Under the pieces are notes generated by a model. It searched no databases. It was given only the letters and a program-made list of their open reading frames with translations, and was not told where the DNA came from. Of a stretch of DNA of 64,000 nucleotides, positions 21,501-35,149 are shown one piece after another. Each line of letters opens with the position of its first letter. The first letter of the stretch is position 1. The position numbers were made by a program, and so were the translations under genes. Origin of the DNA: Klebsormidium nitens (taxonomy: Eukaryota > Plantae > Klebsormidiophyceae); NCBI GenBank assembly GCA_000708835.1, contig DF237132.1, forward strand, positions 62,001-126,000. Reading direction: 5' to 3'.

Positions 21501-24500
21501 GGCCCGCACGGATGAGGGGCTGCCACACGGCGGCGAGGAACGACGGCGGGCTCGCGGTTTTGACTACCTGGAAGGACAGGGGCTACTGGATCCCAGGGGC
21601 TTGATGGAGAACAGCTGCCCAAATGGAATAAGGCTGGACACTGCAGAATTAACCTCCTTGCCCTCATTGTGAGCGGCTTTCAAGCTAAATGGTTGGTGTT
21701 GACTGGATCACAGCTCCCAGATGCCCACAAAGACAATGGAAGAGGTTGCTCTTGCTTCCCACCTGGTGAAGCTCTGAGCCCTCCTCGTTTGCGCACACCC
21801 AAGCGCGCGAACGCTAAAGCCTCAATATGCAAGAAAGTTGGAAAGCCAAAGCTCACAGAGGGTCTAACCTGCGTGCCCGTCAAGGGGTCGACCTCATCGG
21901 ACTGCGCCAAGACGAATTCGCGGTACGGATCGTCCACTTGTAGCTGGTAGAGCCAGCCGCGGACGAGCTCCAAGTAGGGCTGGCAGGCTGCGGACAGGAG
22001 GAAGCGGTGGACGTCCGCAGAGACGGGGTCCGCGTTCTGCAGAGGACGAAATTGGAGACTCTGAGCAAAAGTAAAAGACTGAACGAATTTGGATACGAGA
22101 AAAGGTTTGAATTTTCGAGCTAATGGCTCGAGTGCCACGTTCTTGAACCGAAGCGTTGACGACTCCAAGTACATTTCGCTCAGAGAAAGTGTTACAACGG
22201 ACGGCGGGTTAGCACGAGGTGGGGTTGTGGTACAAGATACGGGCCGATGACAGTCTTTCCTTTCCTTAGATGTTAGGGAGCGATTTGCGTTTACATGGTT
22301 TCGAACGTCGGTGGTGCTTTACATACTACAGGCCATCGGACCGCCTGTTACAGGGCCGAAATGTCCCTCTTCTATTCTCTTCTTTCTCTTTCCTGTTACC
22401 CTTCAAAGGTGATCCGTCGCTCGCTTGCTTGAAACAAAAAGCTCAGCCAGAGAACGTCGACCAGCACTCCTTTCACGTCCTTGTCCTCGTCTCCCATCCA
22501 ATCAATGAACGATCAAAGTTTGTACTACCTGAGAAAGACAGCAAACACGGGCTCTCACCAAAACTTCGTCGAACAGCCTCGACAGCAGTTCCGCCCCACC
22601 AACGCCCGGCCCGCCAGCGCCGGAACCGTCCCACATCCCCAGCCGTTTACACAACCGCGCCAGGACGTGCAGCTGCGTACGCAGCTCTGTTGAATGCAGC
22701 AGCAACTCCAGAAGCGTTATGTCGCCCACGCTGCCGGTAGTCAGCGTCCGATCGCCGCCCGAAAGCCCGTGGTCGCCATCCGACAAATGCTCCGAAGCGT
22801 CCGGAACTCCATCTGACGGCCTCGCATTGCTGACCAGATGTCCGTTCGACTGCTTCGAAAGCGATTGCTCGGCCTCAGAAAGCATTGTGGCGTCGCTGTC
22901 TTTCACCCACGGTCCAACTTCTGCTCCCGAGAGGACTAGCTCGGTGCTGCGGACTGCTGAGGAAGAAGGGTCGATTTGCACCCCTTCTCTGTCCTGATCA
23001 CTTCGGTTCCCATTGGCTGCCGCAAAGAACGATTCGAGGCGCCTTCTTCTCGTGCCCCCTTTGGGTCCGTCCGGTGCGTCAACACCTGCACTGCTGATAC
23101 TATCTTCCGCTGTCGTCTCATCCCCCGCACTCTGCTTCGTAAAGAACCTCTGTTCATCACCCGCCTCTTTCCTTCCCCGCGTACGCTTTGCACCTCCGTT
23201 TGACGCCCCCAACTTTCCTCCCCCCCTGCGCTCCTTCACGGAGCGCCCGATCCGATCAAGTGCCGCTGTCTGGCACAACAAGACGGTCTGCAGTGCGCCG
23301 CCAAACGCCTGCATCACGAGGCCCCTCCTGGACCCCTCGTCCCAGTCTGCGCTCCGACTAGAAATCTCAGGCCCCGTTTTGCCGCGTGCGAAGCGGTCCA
23401 GCTGCTGCCGCACCCGTCCCGCCTCAATGAGGGGCTTGAGGAGGGCTGAGATGCTCGCGGAGCTGGTTGAGAGGAGGCGGACACTGGGAGGGGTTGGGCC
23501 TCGCTTTTGTGGGGGTCGGGCTTGCGACTCCAGGCGTATCAACGAGGAAGGAACCCCCTGCAGCGCGTATAGAGCGTCGCGGACCAGGTCCCTTTCCTGC
23601 AGAAAAATCGTCGGTGATTGATACGAGCCTCCAACGTTTTACCCTTCGCCACTGAGTTATTCCTCCTTGAGATGACGCGCATCCACGTTGGAGTCAAGCA
23701 TAACGAAATTAACTTGACGAAAAGAAAGTAGGCCTTTCGAAAACTCGATCAATTGCTCACAGTCCAGAGGTTTTTTACTTGAATTAGCATTTCAACAAAA
23801 GAAACGATTGGATCAGGTCTTAACGCTCAACCCATGTTTTGGGAGCCTGTCATTTTTGTATCAGCACTCTATAAGCTTTTCTTGAACTTCTTGCCACGAT
23901 TTGAACATCTAAATCTCGAAGGATTGGTCAAAGATTGTTCTCGAAACAGGCAATGTTGGACAATCTCAACAAGGTGTTCTGCAAGGACCTTTTCTGACTA
24001 AGTTAACCAGATGGAGCCCGAATCGTACCTGGACAATGATGGGGGCTTGCTGGAATGCCTTGCTCGCATACCGTCTATATGCACGGTCGAAAGTTGCGAC
24101 CCCTGCTTCTGATAGAAACGCGCCGTTTTGCAGGCACTCTCCCGGTCCCACCCTAGTTGCCAGACCTCCAGCATCTGGCCCACTTCCCGCAAACTCCCAA
24201 GTGCGAAGGAGGGGGCCTGCCGGGGGCTGCTCCGCTGCCTCCAACCACCGCGCCAACGACTTACCTGATTCAGCCGCCGTGAGTGCGCTTGCCTGCAGTT
24301 CCCTAACCCCCTTTTCCTTAGCCTCAAAGTTGTCTGCTTGCGCCTTGGGGGCTGCTCGGTGTCTCTCAAACTCAGGTTCGTTCGTCGAATCTACGTCCCT
24401 GTCTTCCTGCTCTATAGGACGACCTTTGAAAGGAGTAGTTCCCCCATTTGTCTTGGCGGCCAAGTCAAGCAGGTCCTCTGGGGGAAGCTCTTCAAAAGTG

Positions 24501-25614
24501 GGGATGGACAGGGTGAGGGACTGGAGCCCATGTGTTGCATGGCCCCCGCTGTCGAAGGCAAGCGCATGATGCAGTGCACCGAAGAGGGAGGAGGCTCGAA
24601 GGGGGGCCTCGGCGCTGTCCTCAACAGGATCACAGAGGAATGCAAAGCGCCCTGCAAGGCAGCCGGGTACAACATCAGGGATCCACACAGGCATGAGGAA
24701 GGCTCACAGAGTCTGGCATACGGCATTCTGTTCAGTCCTCTGGAAGCAGTGAAGGGCAGTCGTTGTTGATGGGATTCATCAACAAGTGAGGTGTGTCATA
24801 CAGCGGGGGCACCGCTTACAGTCCAGAAGGGGGCACATTTTTTTTTCCAAGTGGAGGGCAACTATATGAAGGCTGAAATTGAGCTGGGGCCATAATGCTG
24901 ATGTTGAAAGGCCTTGAATCAAAGGTCACCTTGCCAACGAATCTAGCAATTTACAAAAGCGCAGAAGGTAAGGACCATAGGACAAGCTTGCCTGGGGGTC
25001 GTGAGAGAAGCTGGCTCAGCGTCTGCTCTTGTGAATGCCCCCCCACGAACCAACTTGGAGAGTACTGGTCATCCTCTAGCTGGGGCAATGTCACATGTGC
25101 CCCACTACTCCAGGCTGCTGAGGTAGCCATGCTTGACGTTCCAGGTGGGGCATCCAGCAGGTGAGCATTTTCATCAGAGTAGGAAAGAAGGTGGGTTGAA
25201 GATGCCACCTGCAAAGCGGACCAGGTGAAGTTCCGAGCTTGAAGATCTCGGACTTTGAATCGATTGTACACGCACAAGCCTAGCCACCACAAACAATCCT
25301 AGAAAAATTGCTCTTTCCACAAAACTAAAATGCACGTCAAAGACAATCTTCTGCAACCTCAGTTGGAAGGATGCTCGATTGCTGGCGCATGACAGCCAAA
25401 CTTTCTTTCTGATCAGCGCTCTGACAATCTTGCTCTGATGCACATCGAAAAGCCACTAGCACTGGCCATTGCAATCTCTTCCCCCGCTGCCTTGCCAATG
25501 CAGAAAGTTTACCTGTCCATCCTCCTCATCAGATGCATCAAATGCAGCATTGCTTTCCAGCGGTGACTGCGGAGACGCACCACCTTTTCTTGAGAAAGCA
25601 CCCAATTGCGCCAT
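15524..25614 (-). CDS. TUBGCP6: Gamma-tubulin complex component 6 (Spc97/Spc98 family, GCP6-type with large central insertion)
   Basis: GRIP1 motifs: ERDLVRDALYALQG, LLELLLHS..LRTQLHVLARLC, ACQPYLELVRGWLY..DDPYREF. After a long coiled-coil/acidic insert come GRIP2 motifs: LRRYLFMLAGDFADAF, DAFDFIQLDYRVEWPLTLVL..Y..VFRFLLR, LASFVQAQISDVAW, HAEYV..A.RACLL, RLNFNGF. Phase-checked exons include 25614-25513, 25208-24992, 24651-24029, 18096-17912, 16946-16725, 16193-16008, 15733-15524. The first two exons are less certain. Confidence 0.9.
16130..16500. repeat. About 150-bp degenerate tandem repeat (3 units) spanning another GCP6 acceptor
   Basis: gcgccgtctgc..agcaggca(a/t)gc..attcagc(a/g)tgcacctgg recurs at about 16135-16197, 16283-16345 and 16433-16495. 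Confidence 0.85.
16899..17400. repeat. About 128-bp degenerate tandem repeat (4 units) spanning a GCP6 acceptor
   Basis: ggggccccgttt..gccgccggct(t/c)agg..ggaagg..tgcat..acagggccc recurs at about 16899, 17027, 17153 and 17282. The first unit contains the real exon start (16946). Confidence 0.9.
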
Positions 25615-25849
25615 TCTAGCATCTCCAGATGACCAGCGCCGGCTGCCTCAGCTCTCTCTTGCGTTGAACTTGCAGAACTGGACTGGCATCTCCAGCTCTT
25701 TCAACTTTCCAAATCTGATGCGCCCCTCCGAATTTCTCATGACCAGCTGCGCCACAGTGTCGCCTTGAAGTCCAAAGATCAGGTCTTACGTGCACAGACT
25801 TCCGTCTGATTCTTGACGACCGTTCGTCAACTTGTTGCTCCACTCACAG

Positions 25850-28280
25850 TCTCTCCTCGCCACCATCCTAGTACTGCTGCCACTGTCTAGCAAGTTCCAG
25901 GCGTCCTACTTTTTGGCGCTCATTCAGCAGGTTGCATTTCGCAGTTGCAGGTCCACCACCATGTCCAAAACGGTCTTTGCAATCACGCACTCTAAGCCCC
26001 AGCAGATGGCCGCGTCTCCCATCGCCTCCAGCGCTCTGACCTCTAAACAGTTTAAACAACGAGTTAAAGGGAAACACGGCGAAGAACAAAGCGAGTGCAG
26101 CGTCCAACACCTTTGAATGTTGTGCGGAACGAAACCTCAATGAGCAACTCCATAGGTGAGTGTTTCGACGTCGTCAGTACTTGCTGGTCTGTGTAGATTT
26201 TTGTTAGATCACAATTCGACTGAAAGATGATGCGCTCCAGTCGACGCAACGCCACTGGCTCTGCGTGAATACCTACAGGGAGCTCTGCAAAGTAATGAAG
26301 GAAAGCATACAATTGTGGAGAAGGCCTTTGCAGAAAGTGGCCAGCTGCTTGACTTTTTTCTAATACGAATGTGACATATGTGCACGGCGATCGTGCATGA
26401 AAGACTTTCTTTCCAGGTCCAATGGGGCCATTTTGAACCCATACACAGGCAATTGAAGGCACTGAACCAGTTTGCAATGAGTACATCAAACTCCATCCCT
26501 GGAGTGCTGTGTTGCTGGTCCTAAATGGTGACTTTTTGCATTTTGGGAGCTGTTGAAAAGGCACCAGATGAGGCCTCAGTTCCTGTTGTATTGTTGCACT
26601 GCTGAGGCCATCATGAGCGCGTCCAGTGAGACAGATTGCCAGCTCAAGATATATGCGTCTCTTACTCACTATTTGATGCCCCTTTTTCTAGGCTCTTGTC
26701 AGCATTGGGAAACTGGAAAGCAAAGAGCTGCTTTCTTTGTTTCTGACGCTGCATTTTGAAACTTGCTTCCATATGAGCCGCAAAAGCTACTTCAGGTCAC
26801 AAGATTGCCTGTGAAGCCTCCTTTTAACTCAATTAGCGACCTGCTTCTTGTGCGCAGGTCTGCTGATAGGAAAGGCGTAGCTTGGAGTCGGCGCCGTGCT
26901 TGGATCCGCTGCCGACTGTCCAATCTGACTATCTGGCGAATCAAGGCAGACGGAACCCCAGGATGCTCAGTCCCATGCATCTTTTGTTGGAAGGAGCTGC
27001 ATGAGTTCGATCCTGCAGGGCTTAGCTTTTATGTTAGCAAAGAAGCAGGGTGGTATCGTGGTCGGTTGCAGGACTTTGATGGTCAGATAGTCCCGCAGAT
27101 CACCACAGGACAGAAGCACCACCTCGGTTGGCAAAGGAAGCCTTCTCAGGGTGGTACTTAATAGAAGCGACTCTGCTTGGGGCCCTAGGCTAAAAGTAGG
27201 AGATGACGGCTTTCGGTGCCTTATCAGCTTTTGGTGCCTTGATTGAGTTCCCAGTTTTCGACATGCAGACTGCGTCAATTCGTATATGTGTCTGCGGTCA
27301 ATATCGGCCTCTATTGGATATGCTATACTCCGTCTTTATAGCTTCATGCCAGAAGCCATGCAAAATTCCCCCAATGCCGAAGTTACATTGGAGGCAGGAG
27401 ATGGCAGTCTTTGCAGAAGATGCGGTCCGAAGACTCTGGCAGTCGCCACGTACAGAGCATGATGATAGACGGAACATGCTTGTCTCCTTGGCCATCGAAA
27501 CTTCATGTTTGCACACAGGCGACATCGACAATGATTGTAAGAAAAGCACCAGCCGCGGCGGCCATGCATTCTGCCAATCCTGCATGTAGATCTTCGTCTT
27601 CGGCCGGCAATTGGTGCACATGGCAAGACTGATTGCGTGCGATCGTTCAATACAAATTCATCCTAGCTAGCCATTCAGTCATACCGTCCGCCATGCACAA
27701 GTAACTAGCATGGTAGTAATGCATGTCGTAAGTGATTGATTCCAGGTCACGAAAACACTACATGCAATGACAAATTGACCGCACTCAAAAAAATTGCACC
27801 ACCGGCCGTCAAACAGCCAACCCACTCTAGTCTCATACACACGCTTTTCCATCAATCAGAGGGGGTATAAACAGCTTTTGGCTGTAATCGCGTTTCTTCA
27901 ACAGAATTTGTTTGTGCGGAGCATGCACGTTGCCCTGCAGCTACGTCTGCAATTCACGCACATTGATGGTATCCTTTACCAACACAGTATTGTGGTTTGA
28001 AGGAGCTTGCGTCATCACAGATTACTTGCGGCAAAGCGCGCTGATCGAAGTCAGCGCTTTTTGTCAGTGACGAAACCGGCTTTGAAGACCCCATTACACG
28101 TCACACCGTTTCCACCGTTGCTTCACTGAGTGGGGACCCCTGGTAGATTGTCTAGCGAGCCTTCCGGTTTCAAGATAATGTCGTAGCGGGCATCTTGCAA
28201 CAGAGATGATGTAGGTGTCGAAGAGACAGGGCATCAACGCTTTTAGAACCTCGTTCCACCTGTTGCTCAGATTCAAAGTT
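25850..28280 (-). other. Decayed coding-like tract, possibly a transposon relic (Cys-rich; family not established)
   Basis: Broken minus-strand frames contain many stops plus Cys clusters (RIFCKDC, GFLCQPRWCFCPVVICGT, CTHCKLVQC). I saw no coherent GT-AG exon chain. Resemblance to KDZ-associated CxC elements is a weak impression only. Confidence 0.25.
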
Positions 28281-28365
28281 CTGGAAGAAAGAACAACCGA
28301 TACCTCTTTACAGTCTTAAGCACTACCTTAGCAGGGACGCCCGCAGGGAGTGGCGCAGCTTCCTT

Positions 28366-31300
28366 CTAATCGATGTCATAGACCAACGAACACGTCAACT
28401 TGGGCTGGTACCGCAAAGGCGCTACTCTCGTACTTTTCTGTGACGGATCCCTCTCCTCGACCTTTGGCGCTTCGGTCGCTAATTGCACCAACTCCGGAAC
28501 TACCACACTCGGAGTCTCAACCGTCTCCGCGGCAACTCCTTTGCCGTTCGCCAACCCCGGGACATCTTCCACAGAGCGAGCCCCCATCAGACTGTCCATC
28601 GAAAAGACTTTGCTGATGGCGGCATCTTCGATGGCTGACATCTCTCCCTGCTCCGTTGCGTCCACATTACGGGTGACTTCCTCCTCCGCAGCGCAAGCGG
28701 GGCCTGTTTGAGGCACTTCGGCAGCACATGGGAGAGGCGAGCCGTCGTCCACCACCTGCTGGTTTCCGAGGACGGTTCCGCTTCCGTTGGACTCCGTACG
28801 GTCTGCTGCTCCCTTCCGCGGCTCCTCCTCGAATTCTCCTGCCGTTCCGTTTAAGAAAAGCTTGGAACCATCGCCGATGGACTGCGTAGTTGCCTCCAGG
28901 GAGCCCGTTGACTCCGGTTCCGGTGGCTCAACAGCCTCAGCAAATGCATCAGCGACGGCGGCGGAATCCGCTGAGGGCTCGGCGCAGCTCCCCAAACTGT
29001 CGTCATCGACGGTAGCGGCGGGGCGCGGTTCCTCGAAAGGCTGCAAAAGCATCGAGAAAAATGTTCAGATTCATCCTCCGCTTCCGCTACAACACATATT
29101 GGACAGAAGAGCCATTGGTAGTTCGCAAGCAGGCTGAGGCGGCACCATTCGTACAGCTCAACGGTTACCAAAGTCAGGGTTGTACACTTTCCGCCTTCCC
29201 CAGATGCACCTCTCGAAGGTTGAAAGCGTGGATCCTGCATTCAGTCTCCAGGTTCGTCTCATGTTCGCGCAACAGCGAACGGCACCCTTGCCATCGAAAC
29301 AACTAGGAGTATTGAGAGGGGCCTTCACTGTCGACATGCGATACGCGGAGTGATGTTGCAACGAGAGCGGAGAAGTCTTGACGCCTCTCGCGCTGGACCG
29401 AGCAACTACCTTTCTGGGAGGTGCCTGCGGTCGCACAACGGGGAGCACCACTTCTAAGCGGCGCCGGAGTTTGTCGAACTTTGCCCGGCCCTTTGTTTCC
29501 TCGACAGGGTACGGGAGGGCAGCCTGCAATAACAAGAGCGCAAAGAATCTACACCCCTGTCCGCTCGCAGAAGGGCTGTCCGGCAATCAGCTTACTTGAG
29601 ATTTCCCTTTCGAAAGCAAAGAATGAATCGCAAAGGTCCAGACAGTTGACGTGTTAATAGGCCTTCACACGTGAAACTGAGCGCCCAATGCATGAAAACA
29701 GTTTGGCCAGCGTTCAATATGGTTTGGAAGATTTCAAACGGTGTAAGTCAAGGAGAGCCAGTGGAAAGGCTCCACCACCTTATGGGGGATCACGAGCAGG
29801 TTTTGGCAAGCGCAGATGGAAAGCCCGAGAAGAACGGTGCACGAGGTGCCAAGATTGATTCTTCTAAAGCGACGGGTTGGATACGGGTCAGAGTTCACCC
29901 CGCAGCTTCAAGCATGACCGCTGTTTTGCTTGACTCTATGAAAAGGCAATGCTTCTGTGCTAAGGTGCTTACATCAAGGAGGTACTTTCCAACGGCTCTG
30001 AGGACCACCCGCTGCTCTGAGACGTCCAGGTCAACCGCTGCCGCGCTCTCCTGCAGAAGAGAGAGCTTAAGAATTCAAGCTTTCGTTGAACTGGTGCATC
30101 TTTCGTTGGGAGACCCCCGAACTATACTCTTCAAAGAAGGGGGAACAGAAGTAGGAAAGGATGATGGGCCAGAAATCTGGTTATAACGAGCAGCTTTGCC
30201 GGGCGAGTGGAAAGAGAGAAGCGAGACAGCCACAAGGCGAGGGTACCAAAACACCGCGGAACGACGATGGGGAAGAAAGATTGCAGTCTCCCTATGCTTC
30301 GCCCACTTCCTTATTTGTTTTTCCAATCTGACACTTAAAGAGCGTTTTAGGTATACCGTTTTGCAAGGGGTATGTTGATGTCGACTTGGAGGGGCAGACA
30401 CACAACTCTCCTACGGTCACTTGGTGTCCAGCATTTTCCTAAGTTTGATGAGTTAGGTCACGCGAGGACGTCCTCACCAGCAGAGGAAGGTCGACCCTCA
30501 GAAGGAGCGACTCTGGGCGGCTCGCCTGGACTGGCCCCGTCCTCTCGTCAAGCCTGCAAATAAGAATGAAAGGTGAGGCTTGAATGTCTCCCTTTGAGGC
30601 TCGAATCTCTCCCTTTACATGTGGATCAAAATCAAGTCTTGGATTTTGTTTGAAGGAAACGTGTATTCCCACGGTTGCCAATCTCCACAATTTATCGTTT
30701 CTGCCTGACTTGTCTACTGCTTCGTGACCTTCTAAGCTGCAGAACGGGCGCTATCGAGCAGGTACGACGTCAAAAGCAACATCTCTGAGCAACATATAAG
30801 TGCACGCGAAATCGAGCGCGCAGCAAACGAAAGACGAGACAACAGGTGGGCACGTTCAAAGATTGACATTCCGCAAAGGACAGGATGGGATTGGTTTGGT
30901 ACGTACCAGAAGCTGCTCAAGTCCATGAGCCCTTGCTGGACGATGTCGAAGTTGGGCTGCGCCTCGGTGTCCCCGCTGGCTTTCGACGTCGATACCACTT
31001 CCGTTATCTTGCCACTCGGAGCGCACTCTCCGCTGACTGGTGTTTCTCGACCGTCTTCCTTGTCCATAGCTGTTTCTGCGGGCTTGTATTGAGCCGATTT
31101 TAAGAGCGTCTCCTCGTTGCTGCTTGGCTGAGCTCCGGCTGCCATAGCAGTTGTCAGAGCGGTCGACTTTGCGGCCTTGTCGAAGGCGAAGGGGCTGGCT
31201 GTGCGGTTGGCCCGGTTCGACGGCTGCAGAGGGGATACTGGGGAGTCTTTCGGCGTCGAGTCCTCGTCCCGTTTGCCGGAAGCTGCAACCGGTATGAAAA

Positions 31301-33889
31301 GGTGAGGTGAGCTGGTATTTTAGTACGAACGTTGAAACTTTTCAAGCATGAAGCACCGTGGAGCTTTGAACAACGACTGAACAGGTCACTTCAAACTGGA
31401 CCCACCTCAACGCCCGTTCGAAAAGGTCGGGCGTCTAAGCTGTGTTGATACATTTTTGTACCCTAATCTGGAAGAAATCGTACCGCTAGTGTAATTACAG
31501 GAAAGAGCTTCATTGAAAGAAATTCTATCGACTTGACTACCCTGCAAGAACCAGCAGTAGAATAAGGCTTCCTACAGCGCCTGGCAACGGCTCGGGGATC
31601 ATGTGAAATGCAACCTAAGTGGAGGAGTGTTGTTCCCCCCCTTTGGCACTGCTCCCCAGAATGCCAAGCGTTTGTCGCCATCTTGTGCCTTTCAAGCCAA
31701 CTTTATATGTCGGACGCCGTCCATCTGTCCATTCTAACGGGAGACGCATCTCTTAGTCACGACCTTTCGACTCAGAGGTGCATTAGCTGATACACTTACT
31801 GAATACTCAGTCGTTGAGACAACAAGGACAGTCCCGTTGTCCTTGCGCTTATTTCAATGTAGAAATGTATCCCAAACTGTGACACGGGCGCACTCTCCTG
31901 ATTGTCCTCACCTTTCACAGCAAGGACGGGGGGACTGTCACTCAGGCCCTTAAACTTGAGCTTTGGCAGCGTGAAGCTCCGGTCGAGCTTGCACTTCCGC
32001 TGCGCCTCCACCGAATCCAGCGCAGTTTCGATGACGAACGTTTTGAAGCGGCGGTCCGTTCGGCAGCGCTCGTATGTGGCGGAGCCGATCACGAAGTCGT
32101 GCACGTCGCACTCCTTCCCAGCTGCATTACAGATGAGTTGGTTGATCTCATGGAACGTGGGGACTCACTTTACACCCCGGTCGCTTCAAGGAAGAGGGGT
32201 AGAAAGCTCTTGGCAGGGAAAACGGGTTGTTCGTCGGCAGGGGGCTGTATGCCTACTATTTTATGTCTTCGCTTTTTACAGCTGATTCACTTGCACCTCT
32301 GGTCTGTGCCGCATCAAGATGAGCCTTCGGGACAGCATTTACTGGACACATCAATCGTAGAGGACAGATCACCTCTGGAAACCGAAATCTGCTTCTGCGC
32401 CGTTTCGCCCCGGCCAGGTCCAAATTTCCTTAGCGGAATTGTCTATACTGTACCCAATCAAGGCAACTCTTCTCTCCCGCAAGACAACGGCTGCCCCTGT
32501 CACCTATCTTCACCTTCTCGATTTCTCCAAACCGTCTCACCTTTGTCTTTCTCTTTGCGCGCTGTAGACAGGCTGTACGGAATGGACCAATCGGCTCCCG
32601 TGCTGTCGGTGCGTGGAGTTGAGGTCGCCGCACCGATCTTATCCGAGTGGCAAATGTTTATGAACGCCTGAGACAAGCGACAAACACTTACTTCATACCC
32701 CGACAGAACACTTTCTCTTTGTTTGGCGCTCTGTTGAGCTTTTCAATCATATCAGATCTCATAATTAGACTGTAGTCAGTGGCTCAACAAACACGAAATC
32801 CCTCCGTATGGGCAGCAAGTCAAGGTGCAAAGTGTCATTCAGCGTGTCAGCGGTCAGTGCACAAAGAAGCTGACAGTCTGGAAGACCATCTGGCACAGGA
32901 TCTAAAAGCTCTCACCTTGGCCCCTGTAATCTTGTTTTTAGTCTTGACACAGAAGCCGGCATTTGGAGCCACCAGCTCCGTGTCCTTTCCATAGACAGCC
33001 CCACCCTGGCCCTCTCTTTCCAACTGCCGGAGGTATTTCTCGTTCTCCTGTACCACCAGCACACAAGATTTCATGCTTTTTTGGAACTAAACAATGGGGT
33101 TTGCATACTAGTTGCTTGGATCCCCAATCTCCCTGATCTTACCATGTTCACTGAACCACACTCTATCTACCTTACTGAGCAGATTGGAGAGTTAAGGACA
33201 TAGGCAAGGGTAAACTATCAGCTTGTGGGATCAAGCCTGTGCTTTTCAACCACATCCTTGTCACCGCTCAGAGACTTTTGCAGCTATGAGAGGATTGCAT
33301 TTTAGAAGCTGGCCAAACAATGCTTCAAAACGTGCCTTTTGAAAGACAACGTTGCTAATGTCGTCATTCTTGTAATGCACTCACCTCTCGTAGCTTGGGG
33401 TCCTCCATTTCCCTGGCATACTCACTCAACATTTCCACAAACTTTGGGTCCTTCATAGCCTTCTCAAATCTGCCAAGCTCCTGCAACAAAAGTAGAGTAG
33501 ACAAGCGTTAGCGTGCCAGCTTTGCCAGGTCAACCGAGCAATTGAGAGGTCGGCCTACCCCACTTTTGAAATGGATGAGCTACACTCAGTGAAGGGAAGA
33601 TACCATTTTTGCTGCTGACATCAGAGGCACTATGGGAATTACGCAGGCAATCCTCTGCCGCACTCGGATTGCATTAGACATACTCAGCCACCCATGTGAC
33701 CTCTCACAAGTAGCTCAGAAGTTCTCAATTTGAGAAGTATGTTGACAACTGAGGTAGATGTTTAAGTTTTGGGAGCAATAGAAACTCTCTTGAAGTTTTA
33801 CATCAAAAGGTTGATGCCTCAGGCTTTACCTCTGTTGATAGGTCCAGGTCTTCGAGGGCGCGGCCCGCATGTTTCCTGCTGGACTCCAT
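28366..33889 (-). CDS. DNAAF2: Protein kintoun / dynein axonemal assembly factor 2 (PIH1 domain + CS-like domain)
   Basis: Exons read MESSRKHAGRALEDLDLSTE | ELGRFEKAMKDPKFVEMLSEYAREMEDPKLRE | ENEKYLRQLE..PNAGFCVKT | AFINICHSDKI..WSIPYSLS | DFVIGSATYERCRTDRRFKTFVIETALDSVE..LKFKG | RPESLLLRVDLPLL | ESAAAVDLDVSEQRVVL..KYLLD | LPYPVEETKGRAKFDKLRRRLEVVLPV, ending in an acidic tail ...SLVYDID*. Confidence 0.88.
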
Positions 33890-35149
33890 GCTAGCTCCCG
33901 GCATAGCGACAGCTGGGCGCAAAGCCCGGATGCCTGCCTGTCTCGATGGCTTTATTATTCCGTCCTGTACCTCAGAAAATGTGCTCTTCCAGCTGATCAA
34001 CAAAATTTCTTCTGAGCTTGGGCCATTGGAACAAGCGGTGCTGAGTGAAGGACTATGAGTCTGACTAGCTGCGCCGGTGGGTCCTTGTAGACTGCGACTT
34101 TGCAGTCAGAATTTGAAATTTGAGGAAGCGAAGCTGAGCACAGCATGCAGCCCTGGACAGTGGTCCGTGGAGGTGCACCTACAAGTAGCCTCGGCTCTGA
34201 CCGTAACGGTCTAACGATCGGACTGGATCCAGGATACCGGACTTTAACGTACACGAGTGTCTAGAAGGTCTGTACCGTCCGATGAAAAGCTCCATGCGTA
34301 ACGACCGTCAGAATGAAAACGCGCGCGCAACTACCTAAATCGACGTCCACAGAGGACTCATTCGTATAAAACCTTTGAAGTCGACATCGACAACATGCGC
34401 AGAGCTAGGGGGGCCCAGCTAGGTACCAGGTATTGCGCGGGTATCGTGGTCCAGGTTGCATCGATGAGCGAGGGTAGGTAGGAAGCTAGCTGTAGGGGAA
34501 CGGGTGGGGTTAAGTCAGGGGTTAAGGTGTGTACTGTCTTGAAGGAGCTAATACGATATGCGCAGATGTACCTTGAGACCTTGATTATACAGACCGGCCA
34601 ATGATGATCGATGCATGCACATTGTTTCGTCGCCAGCTCTGACCAGCTTGCGTACGTCGGGTCCGACTCTATTCGATATTAAGAGCTTTTGTATGCGCAG
34701 GCCCGCATGACGTCGAGATTGTGACAGACGTACGTTGCTCGAGTCTGACTCGCTTGTCTCTTTCTCTCCATTTCAGCGGAACTTGTAAACGACGGATTGC
34801 TCCATGCACAGCATTTGCTATTTCCCCACAGCTTTGGCGTAATTGCGGATGTCGAAATAGTTCCTCTGTTAATTTTGCCATCTTCGATCATGGGATTCTG
34901 GCATGAACACTCGGATCGAGCAAACTTGAAGAATGCGAAGTCTCGGACGCGTTTGAGATGTGTTGCGACAACCATATTTGGTGACGACGAGGTGACAACA
35001 TGCACTGATTCCCTGTACTTCAAAACATGAAATAAGTATGTGCATAGCTATGTACAGCTTCTTCACATTAGAACGCCGCACAATGCAACATCAGACCTCC
35101 GATTAGCGCTGCGCTCGAAGGCAGGCTGACTTCGACAGATGATATATAT

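Noticed and set aside
18514-21528. 1004-aa ORF as a stand-alone gene
   Set aside because: It is one large GCP6 exon read through into an intron and then the next exon out of frame. A large insertion is a known feature of GCP6.
19242-21604. Long overlapping and antisense ORFs (228-364 aa) here and in 5598-6566, 7348-8380, 23013-23621 and 46778-47518
   Set aside because: These are shadow frames of GC-rich coding exons, with low-complexity S/P/R translations and no motifs.
34400-34560. G-rich stretch as a transposon terminus or telomere
   Set aside because: I found no matching inverted partner or TSD, and no regular telomeric period.
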